The position numbers and the translations under genes were made by a program. Positions 41,298 through 55,440 of a stretch of DNA of 64,000 bases are shown here, piece after piece (position 1 is the stretch's first letter; the number at the start of each line of letters is the position of its first letter). The notes beneath the pieces are model-generated. The model was not told the DNA's origin and made no database searches. It worked only from the letters and a program-made list of their open reading frames with translations. Source of the stretch: Antedon mediterranea (lineage: Eukaryota > Animalia > Echinodermata). The DNA is taken from the NCBI RefSeq assembly GCF_964355755.1, contig NC_092679.1, forward strand, positions 9,578,201 to 9,642,200. Reading direction: 5' to 3'.

Positions 41298-44200
41298 GTC
41301 TCCAAATGCGATTTGAAGCTATTCTAAGCACTTTGATGTTTTTATGTTAACAAGTTTTTTCGAAAATCACAAAATGGTCTAAAACGTCTCCAATAGCGAT
41401 TTTAAGCTATTCTGTACACTTTGATGTTTTTATGTTAACAAGTTTTTCGAAAATCACAAAATGGTCTAAAACGTCTCCAAATGCGATTTTAAGCTATTCT
41501 AAGCACTTTGGTGTTTTTATGGAAACAATTTTTTTCGAAAATCACAAAATGGTCTAAAACGTCTCCAATAGCGATTTGAAGCTTTTCTTTACACTTTGGT
41601 GTTTTTATGTTAACAAGTTTTTTCGAAAATCACAAAATGGTCTAAAACGTCTCCAAATGCGATTTGAAGCTATTCTGTACACTTTGATGTTTTTATGTTA
41701 ACAAGTTTTTTCGAAAATCACAAAATGGTCTAAAACGTCTACAAATGCGATTTGAAACTATTCTAAGCACTTTGGTGTTTTTATGTTAACAAGTTTTTTT
41801 GAAAATCACAAAATGGTCTAAAACGTCTCTAAATGAGATTTGAAGCTTTTCTGTACACTTTGATGTTTTTATGTTAACAAGTTTTTTCGAAAATCACAAA
41901 ATGGTCTAAAATGTCTCCAAATGCGATTTGAAGCTATTCTAAGCACTTTGGTGTTTTTATGGAAACAATTTTTTTCGAAAATCACAAAATGGTCTAAAAC
42001 GTCTCCAAATGTGATTTGAAGCTATTCTGTACACTTTGATGTTTTTATGTTAGCAAGTTTTTTCGAAAATCACAAAATGGTCTAAAACGTCTACAAATGC
42101 GATTTGAAGCTAATCTGTACACTTTGATGTTTTTATGTTAACAAGTTTTTTCGAAAATCACAAAATGGTCTAAAACGTTTCCAAATGCGATTTGAAGCTA
42201 TTCTGTACACTTTGATGTTTTGTGTGAACATTTTCTGTCGAAATGCTCAAAATGGTCAAAAACGTTTTTAAATACGATATTAAGCTACTTTGTGCTCTTT
42301 GATGTTTTTGTGTGAAATGTTTTATCGAAATGCTCAAAATGGTCTAAAACGGTTTCTAATGTGATTTCAAGCACTTTGATGTTTTTGTGTAACCAAGTTT
42401 TTCGAAAATCACAAAATTGTCTAAAACGTCTCCAAATGCGATTTGAAGCTATTCTGTACACTTTGATGTTTTTATGTTAACAAGTTTTTCGAAAATCACA
42501 AAATGGTCTAAAACGTCTCCAAATGCGATTTGAAGCTATTCTGTACACTTTGATGTTTTTATGTTAACAAGTTTTTCGAAAATCACAAAATGGTCTAAAA
42601 CGTCTCTAAATGCGATTTGAAGCTTTTCTGTACACTTTGATGTTTTTATGTTAACAACTTTTTTCGAAAATCACAAAATGGTCTAAAATGTCTCCAAATG
42701 CGATTTGAAGCTATTCTAAGCACTTTGATGTTTTTATGTTAACAAGTTTTTTCGAAAATCACAAAATGGTCTAAAACGTCTCCAATAGCGATTTTAAGCT
42801 ATTCTGTACACTTTGATGTTTTTATGTTAACAAGTTTTTCGAAAATCACAAAATGGTCTAAAACGTCTCCAAATGCGATTTTAAGCTATTCTAAGCACTT
42901 TGGTGTTTTTATGGAAACAATTTTTTTCGAAAATCACAAAATGGTCTAAAACGTCTCCAATAGCGATTTGAAGCTTTTCTTTACACTTTGGTGTTTTTAT
43001 GTTAACAAGTTTTTTCGAAAATCACAAAATGGTCTAAAACGTCTCCAAATGCGATTTGAAGCTATTCTGTACACTTTGATGTTTTTATGTTAACAAGTTT
43101 TTTCGAAAATCACAAAATGGTCTAAAACGTCTACAAATGCGATTTGAAACTATTCTTAGCCCATTGGTGTTTTTATTTAAACAAATTTTTTCGAAACTCA
43201 CAAAATGGTCTAAAACGTCTCCAAATGCGATTTGAAGCTATTTTAAGCACTTTGGTGTTTTTGTGTTAACAAGTTTTTCGAAATGCTCAAAATGGTCTAA
43301 AACGTTTTTAAACACGATATTAAGCTATTTTGTGCTCTTTGATGTTTTTTTGTGAAAAGTTTTAGCAAAATGCTCAAAATGGTCTAAAACGATTTCTAAT
43401 GTGGTTTTAAGCACTTTGATGTTTTTATGTTAACTAGTTTTTTCGAAAATCACAAAATGGTCTAAAACGTCTCCAAATGCGATTTGAAGCTATTTTAAGC
43501 ACTTAGGTGCTTTTGTGTAACCAAGTTTTTTAGAAAATCACAAAATGGTCTAAAACATCTCCAAATGCGATTTAAAGCTATTTTAAGCACTTTGGTGTTT
43601 TTATGTTAACAAGTTTTTTCGAAAATCACAAAATGGTCTAAAACGTTTCCAAATGCGATTTGAAGCTATTTTAAGCACTTTGATGTTTTTGTGTTAACAA
43701 GTTTTTCGAAATGCTCAAAATGGTCTAAAACGTTTCCAAATGCGATTTGAAGCTATTCTGTACACTTTGATGTTTTGTGTGAAAATTTTCTGTCGAAATG
43801 CTCAAAATGGTCAAAAACGTTTTTAAATACGATATTAAGCTACTTTGTGCTCTTTGATGTTTTTGTGTGAAATGTTTTATCGAAATGCTCAAAATGGTCT
43901 AAAACGGTTTCTAATGTGATTTCAAGCACTTTGATGTTTTTGTGTAACCAAGTTTTTCGAAAATCACAAAATTGTCTAAAACGTCTCCAAATGCGATTTG
44001 AAGCTATTCTGTACTCTTTGATGTTTTTATGTTAACAAGTTTTTCGAAAATCACAAAATGGTCTAAAAAGTCTCCAAATGCGATTTTAAGCTATTCTAAG
44101 CACTTTGGTGTTTTTATGTTAACAAGTTTTTTCGAAAATCACAAAATGGTCTAAACGTCTCCAAATGCGATTTGAAGCTATTTTAAGCACTTTGGTGCTT

Positions 44201-47200
44201 TTGTGTAACCAAGTTTTTTCGAAAATCACGAAATGGTCTAAAACGTCTCCAAATGCGATTTGAAGCTGTTCTAAGCACTTTGGTGTTTTTACGTTAACAA
44301 GTTTTTTCGAAATTCACAAAATGGTCTAAAACGTCTCCAAATGCGATTTGAAGCTATTCTGTACACTTTGATGTTTTTATGTTAACAAGTTTTTTCGAAA
44401 ATCACAAAATGGTCTAAAACGTTTCCAAATGCGATTTGAAGCTATTCTGTACACTTTGAAGTTTTGTGTGAAAATTTTCTGTCGAAATGCTCAAAATGGT
44501 CAAAAACGTTTTTAAATACGATATTAAGCTACTTTGTGCTCTTTGATGTTTTTGTGTGAAATGTTTTATCGAAATGCTCAAAATGGTCTAAAACGGTTTC
44601 TAATGTGATTTCAAGCACTTTGATGTTTTTGTGTAACCAAGTTTTTCGAAAATCACAAAATTGTCTAAAACGTCTCCAAATGCGATTTGAAGCTATTCTG
44701 TACACTTTGGTGTTTTTATGTTAACAAGTTTTTTCGAAAATCACAAAATGGTCTAAAACGTCTACAAATGCGATTTGAAGCTATTCTAAGCACTTTTGTG
44801 TTTTTATGTTAACAAGTTTTTTCGAAAATCACAAAATGGTCTAAAACGTCTCTAAATGCGATTTGAAGCTTTTCTGTGCACTTTGATGTTTTTATGTTAA
44901 CAACTTTTTTCGAAAATCACAAAATGGTCTAAAATGTCTCGAAATGCGATTTGAAGCTATTCTAAGCACTTTGGTGTTTTTATGGAAACAATTTTTTTCG
45001 AAAATCACAAAATGGTCTAAAACGTCTCTAAATGCGATTTGAAGCTTTTCTGTACACTTTGATGTTTTTATGTTAACAAGTTTTTTCGAAAATCACAAAA
45101 TGGTCTAAAACGTCTACAAATGCGATTTGAAGCTATTCTAAGCACTTTTGTGTTTTTATGTTAACAAGTTTTTTCGAAAATAACAAAATGGTCTAAAATG
45201 TCTGCAAATGCGATTTGAAGCTATTCTTAGCACATTGGTGTTTTTTATTAAACAAATTTTTTCGAAACTCACAAAATGGTCTAAAACGTCTCCAAATGCG
45301 ATTTGAAGCTATTTTAAGCACTTTGGTGTTTTTGTGTTAACAAGTTTTTCGAAAAGCTCAAAATGGTCTAAAACGTTTTTAAACACGATATTAAGCTATT
45401 TTGTGCTCTTTGATGTTTTTTTGTGAAAAGTTTTAGCGAAATGCTCAAAATGGTCTAAAACGATTTCTAATGTGATTTTAAGCACTTTGATGTTTTTATG
45501 TTAACTAGTTTTTTCAAAAATCACAAAATGGTCTAAAACGTCTCCAAATGTGATTTGAAGCTATTCTAAGCACTTTGGTGTTTTTATGTTAACAGTTTTT
45601 TCGAAAATCACAAAATGGTCTAAAACGTTTCCAAATGCGATTTGAAGCTATTCTGTACACTTTGATGTTTTTATGGTAACAAGTCTTTTAGAAAATCACA
45701 AAATGGTCTAAAACATCTCCAAATGCGATTTAAAGCTATTTTAAGCACTTTTGTGTTTTAGTGTAACCAAGTTTTTTCGAAAATCACAAAAGGGTCTAAA
45801 ATGTCTCTAAATGCGATTTGAAGCTACTCTAAGCACTTTGGTGTTTTTATGTTAACAAGTTTTTTCGAAAATCAATAAATGGTCTAAAATGTCTCCAAAT
45901 GCGATTTGAAGCTATTCTGTACACTTTGCTGTTTTGTGTGAAAAATGTTTGTCGAAATCCTCAAAATGGTCAAAAACGTTTTTAAATACGATATTAAGCT
46001 ATTTTGTGCTCTTTGATGTTTTCGTGTGAAAAGTTTTATCGAAATACTCAAAATGGTCTAAAACGGTTTCTAATGTGATTTTAAGCACTTTGATGTTTTT
46101 GTGTAACCAAGTTTTTTCGAAAATCACAAAATGGTCTAAAACGTCTCCAAATGCGATTTGAAGCTTTTCTGTACACTTTGGTGTTTTTATGTTAACAAGT
46201 TTTTTCGAAAATCACAAAATGGTCTAAAACGTCTCCAAATGCGATTTAAAGCTATTTTAAGCACTTTTGTGTTTTTGTGTAACCAAGTTTTTTCGAAAAT
46301 CACAAAAGGGTCTAAAATGTCTGTAAATGCGATTTGAAGCTATTTAAAGCACTTTGGTGTTTTTAGGTTAACAAGTTTTTTCGAAAATCACAAAATGGTC
46401 TAAAACGTCTACAAATGCGATTTGAAGCTATTCTAAGCACTTTTGTGTTTTTATGTTAACAAGTTTTTTCGAAAATCACAAAAATGGTCTAAAACGTTTC
46501 CAAATGCGATTTGAAGCTATTCTGTACACTTTGATGTTTTGTGTGAAAATTTTCTGTCGAAATGCTCAAAATGGTCAAAAACGTTTTTAAATACGATATT
46601 AAGCTATTCTAAGCACTTTGGTGTTTTTATGTTAACAAGTTTTTTCGAAAATCACAAAATGGTATAAAACGTCTCCAAATGCGATTTGAAGCTATTCTAA
46701 GCACTTTGGTGTTTTTATGTTAACAAGTTTTTTCGAAAATCACAAAATGGTCTAAAACGTTTCCAAATGCGATTTGAAGCTATTCTGTACACTTTGATGT
46801 TTTGTGTGAAAATTTTCTTTCGAAATGCTCAAAATGGTCAAAAACGTTTTTAAATACGATATTAAGCTACTTTGTGCTCTTTGATGTTTTTGTGTGAAAT
46901 GTTTTATCGAAATGCTCAAAATGGTCTAAAACGGTTTCTAATGTGATTTCAAGCACTTTGATGTTTTTGTGTAACCAAGTTTTTCGAAAATCACAAAATT
47001 GTCTAAAACGTCTCCAAATGCGATTTGAAGCTATTCTGTACACTTTGATGTTTTTATGTTAACAAGTTTTTCGAAAATCACAAAATGGTCTAAAACGTCT
47101 CCAAATGCGATTTGAAGCTATTCTGTACACTTTGATGTTTTTATGTTAACAAGTTTTTCGAAAATCACAAAATGGTCTAAAACGTCTCTAAATGCGATTT

Positions 47201-50200
47201 GAAGCTTTTCTGTACACTTTGATGTTTTTATGTTAACAACTTTTTTCGAAAATCACAAAATGGTCTAAAATGTCTCCAAATGCGATTTGAAGCTATTCTA
47301 AGCACTTTGATGTTTTTATGTTAACAAGTTTTTTCGAAAATCACAAAATGGTCTAAAACGTCTCCAATAGCGATTTTAAGCTATTCTGTACACTTTGATG
47401 TTTTTATGTTAACAAGTTTTTCGAAAATCACAAAATGGTCTAAAACGTCTCCAAATGCGATTTTAAGCTATTCTAAGCACTTTGGTGTTTTTATGGAAAC
47501 AATTTTTTTCGAAAATCACAAAATGGTCTAAAACGTCTCCAATAGCGATTTGAAGCTTTTCTTTACACTTTGGTGTTTTTATGTTAACAAGTTTTTTCGA
47601 AAATCACAAAATGGTCTAAAACGTCTCCAAATGCGATTTGAAGCTATTCTGTACACTTTGATGTTTTTATGTTAACAAGTTTTTTCGAAAATCACAAAAT
47701 GGTCTAAAACGTCTACAAATGCGATTTGAAACTATTCTAAGCACTTTGGTGTTTTTATGTTAACAAGTTTTTTTGAAAATCACAAAATGGTCTAAAACGT
47801 CTCTAAATGAGATTTGAAGCTTTTCTGTACACTTTGATGTTTTTATGTTAACAAGTTTTTTCGAAAATCACAAAATGGTCTAAAATGTCTCCAAATGCGA
47901 TTTGAAGCTATTCTAAGCACTTTGGTGTTTTTATGGAAACAATTTTTTTCGAAAATCACAAAATGGTCTAAAACGTCTCCAAATGTGATTTGAAGCTATT
48001 CTGTACACTTTGATGTTTTTATGTTAGCAAGTTTTTTCGAAAATCACAAAATGGTCTAAAACGTCTACAAATGCGATTTGAAGCTAATCTGTACACTTTG
48101 ATGTTTTTATGTTAACAAGTTTTTTCGAAAATCACAAAATGGTCTAAAACGTTTCCAAATGCGATTTGAAGCTATTCTGTACACTTTGATGTTTTGTGTG
48201 AACATTTTCTGTCGAAATGCTCAAAATGGTCAAAAACGTTTTTAAATACGATATTAAGCTACTTTGTGCTCTTTGATGTTTTTGTGTGAAATGTTTTATC
48301 GAAATGCTCAAAATGGTCTAAAACGGTTTCTAATGTGATTTCAAGCACTTTGATGTTTTTGTGTAACCAAGTTTTTCGAAAATCACAAAATTGTCTAAAA
48401 CGTCTCCAAATGCGATTTGAAGCTATTCTGTACACTTTGATGTTTTTATGTTAACAAGTTTTTCGAAAATCACAAAATGGTCTAAAACGTCTCCAAATGC
48501 GATTTGAAGCTATTCTGTACACTTTGATGTTTTTATGTTAACAAGTTTTTCGAAAATCACAAAATGGTCTAAAACGTCTCTAAATGCGATTTGAAGCTTT
48601 TCTGTACACTTTGATGTTTTTATGTTAACAACTTTTTTCGAAAATCACAAAATGGTCTAAAATGTCTCCAAATGCGATTTGAAGCTATTCTAAGCACTTT
48701 GATGTTTTTATGTTAACAAGTTTTTTCGAAAATCACAAAATGGTCTAAAACGTCTCCAATAGCGATTTTAAGCTATTCTGTACACTTTGATGTTTTTATG
48801 TTAACAAGTTTTTCGAAAATCACAAAATGGTCTAAAACGTCTCCAAATGCGATTTTAAGCTATTCTAAGCACTTTGGTGTTTTTATGGAAACAATTTTTT
48901 TCGAAAATCACAAAATGGTCTAAAACGTCTCCAATAGCGATTTGAAGCTTTTCTTTACACTTTGGTGTTTTTATGTTAACAAGTTTTTTCGAAAATCACA
49001 AAATGGTCTAAAACGTCTCCAAATGCGATTTGAAGCTATTCTGTACACTTTGATGTTTTTATGTTAACAAGTTTTTTCGAAAATCACAAAATGGTCTAAA
49101 ACGTCTACAAATGCGATTTGAAACTATTCTTAGCCCATTGGTGTTTTTATTTAAACAAATTTTTTCGAAACTCACAAAATGGTCTAAAACGTCTCCAAAT
49201 GCGATTTGAAGCTATTTTAAGCACTTTGGTGTTTTTGTGTTAACAAGTTTTTCGAAATGCTCAAAATGGTCTAAAACGTTTTTAAACACGATATTAAGCT
49301 ATTTTGTGCTCTTTGATGTTTTTTTGTGAAAAGTTTTAGCAAAATGCTCAAAATGGTCTAAAACGATTTCTAATGTGATTTTAAGCACTTTGATGTTTTT
49401 ATGTTAACTAGTTTTTTCGAAAATCACAAAATGGTCTAAAACGTCTCCAAATGCGATTTGAAGCTATTTTAAGCACTTAGGTGCTTTTGTGTAACCAAGT
49501 TTTTTAGAAAATCACAAAATGGTCTAAAACATCTCCAAATGCGATTTAAAGCTATTTTAAGCACTTTGGTGTTTTTATGTTAACAAGTTTTTTCGAAAAT
49601 CACAAAATGGTCTAAAACGTTTCCAAATGCGATTTGAAGCTATTTTAAGCACTTTGATGTTTTTGTGTTAACAAGTTTTTCGAAATGCTCAAAATGGTCT
49701 AAAACGTTTCCAAATGCGATTTGAAGCTATTCTGTACACTTTGATGTTTTGTGTGAAAATTTTCTGTCGAAATGCTCAAAATGGTCAAAAACGTTTTTAA
49801 ATACGATATTAAGCTACTTTGTGCTCTTTGATGTTTTTGTGTGAAATGTTTTATCGAAATGCTCAAAATGGTCTAAAACGGTTTCTAATGTGATTTCAAG
49901 CACTTTGATGTTTTTGTGTAACCAAGTTTTTCGAAAATCACAAAATTGTCTAAAACGTCTCCAAATGCGATTTGAAGCTATTCTGTACTCTTTGATGTTT
50001 TTATGTTAACAAGTTTTTCGAAAATCACAAAATGGTCTAAAACGTCTCCAAATGCGATTTTAAGCTATTCTAAGCACTTTGGTGTTTTTATGTTAACAAG
50101 TTTTTTCGAAAATCACAAAATGGTCTAAACGTCTCCAAATGCGATTTGAAGCTATTTTAAGCACTTTGGTGCTTTTGTGTAACCAAGTTTTTTCGAAAAT

Positions 50201-52600
50201 CACGAAATGGTCTAAAACGTCTCCAAATGCGATTTGAAGCTGTTCTAAGCACTTTGGTGTTTTTACGTTAACAAGTTTTTTCGAAATTCACAAAATGGTC
50301 TAAAACGTCTCCAAATGCGATTTGAAGCTATTCTGTACACTTTGATGTTTTTATGTTAACAAGTTTTTTCGAAAATCACAAAATGGTCTAAAACGTTTCC
50401 AAATGCGATTTGAAGCTATTCTGTACACTTTGAAGTTTTGTGTGAAAATTTTCTGTCGAAATGCTCAAAATGGTCAAAAACGTTTTTAAATACGATATTA
50501 AGCTACTTTGTGCTCTTTGATGTTTTTGTGTGAAATGTTTTATCGAAATGCTCAAAATGGTCTAAAACGGTTTCTAATGTGATTTCAAGCACTTTGATGT
50601 TTTTGTGTAACCAAGTTTTTCGAAAATCACAAAATTGTCTAAAACGTCTCCAAATGCGATTTGAAGCTATTCTGTACACTTTGGTGTTTTTATGTTAACA
50701 AGTTTTTTCGAAAATCACAAAATGGTCTAAAACGTCTACAAATGCGATTTGAAGCTATTCTAAGCACTTTTGTGTTTTTATGTTAACAAGTTTTTTCGAA
50801 AATCACAAAATGGTCTAAAACGTCTCTAAATGCGATTTGAAGCTTTTCTGTGCACTTTGATGTTTTTATGTTAACAACTTTTTTCGAAAATCACAAAATG
50901 GTCTAAAATGTCTCGAAATGCGATTTGAAGCTATTCTAAGCACTTTGGTGTTTTTATGGAAACAATTTTTTTCGAAAATCACAAAATGGTCTAAAACGTC
51001 TCCAAATGCGATTTGAAGCTTTTCTGTACACTTTGATGTTTTTATGTTAACAAGTTTTTTCGAAAATCACAAAATGGTCTAAAACGTCTACAAATGCGAT
51101 TTGAAGCTATTCTAAGCACTTTTGTGTTTTTATGTTAACAAGTTTTTTCGAAAATAACAAAATGGTCTAAAATGTCTGCAAATGCGATTTGAAGCTATTC
51201 TTAGCACATTGGTGTTTTTTATTAAACAAATTTTTTCGAAACTCACAAAATGGTCTAAAACGTCTCCAAATGCGATTTGAAGCTATTTTAAGCACTTTGG
51301 TGTTTTTGTGTTAACAAGTTTTTCGAAAAGCTCAAAATGGTCTAAAACGTTTTTAAACACGATATTAAGCTATTTTGTGCTCTTTGATGTTTTTTTGTGA
51401 AAAGTTTTAGCGAAATGCTCAAAATGGTCTAAAACGATTTCTAATGTGATTTTAAGCACTTTGATGTTTTTATGTTAACTAGTTTTTTCAAAAATCACAA
51501 AATGGTCTAAAACGTCTCCAAATGTGATTTGAAGCTATTCTAAGCACTTTGGTGTTTTTATGTTAACAGTTTTTTCGAAAATCACAAAATGGTCTAAAAC
51601 GTTTCCAAATGCGATTTGAAGCTATTCTGTACACTTTGATGTTTTTATGGTAACAAGTCTTTTAGAAAATCACAAAATGGTCTAAAACATCTCCAAATGC
51701 GATTTAAAGCTATTTTAAGCACTTTTGTGTTTTTGTGTAACCAAGTTTTTTCGAAAATCACAAAAGGGTCTAAAATGTCTGTAAATGCGATTTGAAGCTA
51801 TTTAAAGCACTTTGGTGTTTTTAGGTTAACAAGTTTTTTCGAAAATCACAAAATGGTCTAAAACGTCTACAAATGCGATTTGAAGCTATTCTAAGCACTT
51901 TTGTGTTTTTATGTTAACAAGTTTTTTCGAAAATCACAAAAATGGTCTAAAACGTTTCCAAATGCGATTTGAAGCTATTCTGTACACTTTGATGTTTTGT
52001 GTGAAAATTTTCTGTCGAAATGCTCAAAATGGTCAAAAACGTTTTTAAATACGATATTAAGCTATTCTAAGCACTTTGGTGTTTTTATGTTAACAAGTTT
52101 TTTCGAAAATCACAAAATGGTCTAAAACGTCTCCAAATGCGATTTGAAGCTATTCTGTACACTTTGATGTTTTTATGTTAAAAAGTTTTTTCGAAAATCA
52201 CAAAATGGTATAAAACGTCTCCAAATGCGATTTGAAGCTATTCTAAGCACTTTGGTGTTTTTATGTTAACAAGTTTTTTCGAAAATCACAAAATGGTCTA
52301 AAACGTTTCCAAATGCGATTTGAAGCTATTCTGTACACTTTGATGTTTTGTGTGAAAATTTTCTTTCGAAATGCTCAAAATGGTCAAAAACGTTTTTAAA
52401 TACGATATTAAGCTACTTTGTGCTCTTTGATGTTTTTGTGTGAAATGTTTTATCGAAATGCTCAAAATGGTCTAAAACGGTTTCTAATGTGATTTCAAGC
52501 ACTTTTATGTTTTTGTGTAACCAAGTTTTTCGAAAATCACAAAATTGTCTAAAACGTCTCCAAATGCGATTTGAAGCTATTCTGTACACTTTGATGTTTT
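41298..52600. repeat. 5,974-bp tandem duplication (copy 1 ~41298-47271, copy 2 from ~47272, end approximate)
   Basis: Markers GTGAACATTT (C at 42229/48203), CTAAACGTCT (44151/50125), GCTGTTCT (44265/50239) and CTGTGCAC (44874/50848) are all offset by 5,974. Copy 2 skips ~516 bp near 51750. Confidence 0.88.
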
Positions 52601-53599
52601 TATGTTAACAAGTTTTTCAAAAATCACAAAATGGTCTAAAACGTCTCCAAATGCGATTTTAAGCTATTCTAAGCACTTTGGTGTTTTTATGTTAACAAGT
52701 TTTTTTGAAAATCACAAAATGGTCTAAAACGTCTCTAAATGCGATTTGAAGCTTTTCTGTACACTTTAATGTTTTTATGTTAACAACTTTTTTCGAAAAT
52801 CACAAAATGGTCTAAAATGTCTCCAAATGCGATTTGAAGCTATTCTAAGCACTTTGGTGTTTTTATGGAAACAATTTTTTTCGAAAATCACAAAATGGTC
52901 TAAAACGTCTCCAATAGCGATTTGAAGCTTTTCTGTACACTTTGGTGTTTTTATGTTAACAAGTTTTTTCGAAAATCACAAAATGGTCTAAAACGTCTCC
53001 AAATGCGATTTGAAGCTAATCTGTACACTTTGATGTTTTTATGTTAACAAGTTTTTTCGAAAATCACAAAATGGTCTAAAACGTTTCCAAATGCGATTTG
53101 AAGCTATTCTGTACACTTTGATGTTTTGTGTGAAAATTTTCTGTCGAAATGCTCAAAATGGTCAAAAACGTTTTTAAATACGATATTAAGCTACTTTGTG
53201 CTCTTTGATGTTTTTGTGTGAAATGTTTTATCGAAATGCTCAAAATGGTCTAAAACGGTTTCTAATGTGATTTCAAGCACTTTGATGTTTTTGTGTAACC
53301 AAGTTTTTCGAAAATCACAAAATTGTCTAAAACGTCTCCAAATGCGATTTGAAGCTATTCTGTACACTTTGATGTTTTTATGTTAACAAGTTTTTCGAAA
53401 ATCACAAAATGGTCTAAAACGTCTCCAAATGCGATTTTAAGCTATTCTAAGCACTTTGGTGTTTTTATGTTAACAAGTTTTTTTGAAAATCACAAAATGA
53501 TCTAAAACGTCTCTAAATGCGATTTGAAGCTTTTCTGTACACTTTGATGTTTTTATGTTAACAACTTTTTTCGAAAATCACAAAATGGTCAAAAATGTC

Positions 53600-55440
53600 T
53601 CCAAATGCGATTTGAAGCTATTCTAAGCACTTTGGTGTTTTTATGGAAACAATTTTTTTCGAAAATCACAAAATGGTCTAAAACGTCTCCAATAGCGATT
53701 TGAAGCTTTTCTGTACACTTTGGTGTTTTTATGTTAACAATTTTTTTCGAAAATCACAAAATGGTCTAAAACGTCTCCAAATGCGATTTGAAGCTATTCT
53801 GTACACTTTGATGTTTTTATGTTAACAAGTTTTTTCGAAAATCACAAAATGGTCTAAAACGTCTACAAATGCGATTTGAAGCTAATCTGTACACTTTGAG
53901 GTTTTTATGGAAACAATTTTTTTCGAAAATCACAAAATGGTCTAAAACGTCTCCAATAGCGATTTGAAGCTTTTCTGTACACTTTGGTGTTTTTATGTTA
54001 ACAAGTTTTTTCGAAAATCACAAAATGGTCTAAAACGTCTCCAAATGCTATTTGAAGCTAATCTGTACACTTTGATGTTTTTATGTTAACAAGTTTTTTC
54101 GAAAATCACAAAATGGTCTAAAACGTTCCAAATGCGATTTGAAGCTATTCTGTACACTTTGATGTTTTGTGTGAAAATTTTCTGTCGAAATGCTCAAAAT
54201 GGTCAAAAACGTTTTTAAATACGATATTAAGCTACTTTGTGCTCTTTGATGTTTTTGTGTGAAATGTTTTATCGAAATGCTCAAAATGGTCTAAAACGGT
54301 TTCTAATGTGATTTCAAGCACTTTGATGTTTTTGTGTAACCAAGTTTTTCGAAAATCACAAAATTGTCTAAAACGTCTCCAAATGCGATTTGAAGCTATT
54401 CTGTACTCTTTGATGTTTTTATGTTAACAAGTTTTTCGAAAATCACAAAATGGTCTAAAACGTCTCCAAATGCGATTTGAAGCTATTCTGTACACTTTGA
54501 TGTTTTTATGTTAACAAGTTTTTCGAAAATCACAAAATGGTCTAAAACGTCTCCAAATGCGATTTGAAGCTATTCTGTACACTTTGATGTTTTTATGTTA
54601 ACAAGTTTTTTAGAAAATCACAAAATGGTCTAAAACATCTCCAAATGCGATTTGAAGCTATTCTAAGCACTTTGGTGTTTTTATGGAAACAATTTTTTTC
54701 GAAAATCACAAAATGGTCTAAAACGTCTCCAATAGCGATTTGAAGCTTTTCTGTACACTTTGGTGTTTTTATGTTAACAATTTTTTTCGAAAATCACAAA
54801 ATGGTCTAAAACGTCTCCAAATGCGATTTGAAGCTATTCTGTACACTTTGATGTTTTTATGTTAACAAGTTTTTTCGAAAATCACAAAATGGTCTAAAAC
54901 GTCTACAAATGCGATTTGAAGCTAATCTGTACACTTTGATGTTTTTATGGAAACAATTTTTTTCGAAAATCACAAAATGGTCTAAAACGTCTCCAATAGC
55001 GATTTGAAGCTTTTCTGTACACTTTGGTGTTTTTATGTTAACAAGTTTTTTCGAAAATCACAAAATGGTCTAAAACGTCTCCAAATGCGATTTGAAGCTA
55101 ATCTGTACACTTTGATGTTTTTATGTTAACAAGTTTTTTCGAAAATCACAAAATGGTCTAAAACGTTCCAAATGCGATTTGAAGCTATTCTGTACACTTT
55201 GATGTTTTGTGTGAAAATTTTCTGTCGAAATGCTCAAAATGGTCAAAAACGTTTTTAAATACGATATTAAGCTACTTTGTGCTCTTTGATGTTTTTGTGT
55301 GAAATGTTTTATCGAAATGCTCAAAATGGTCTAAAACGGTTTCTAATGTGATTTCAAGCACTTTGATGTTTTTGTGTAACCAAGTTTTTCGAAAATCACA
55401 AAATTGTCTAAAACGTCTCCAAATGCGATTTGAAGCTATT
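53600..55440. repeat. 1,040-bp (about 12-monomer) local duplication
   Basis: The 1-bp-deletion marker AAACGTTCCAA at 54121/55161 and AACAATTTTTTTCG at 53736/54776 are offset by 1,040, as are ORF-track duplicates 54081/55121. Ends are approximate. Confidence 0.85.

Noticed and set aside
2917-55324. Seven 66-83 aa ORFs in the ORF track (2917, 10705, 11531, 26258, 27084, 54081, 55121)
   Set aside because: They are translations of satellite monomers that happen to lack stops. They recur only because the DNA is duplicated and show no recognisable domain.
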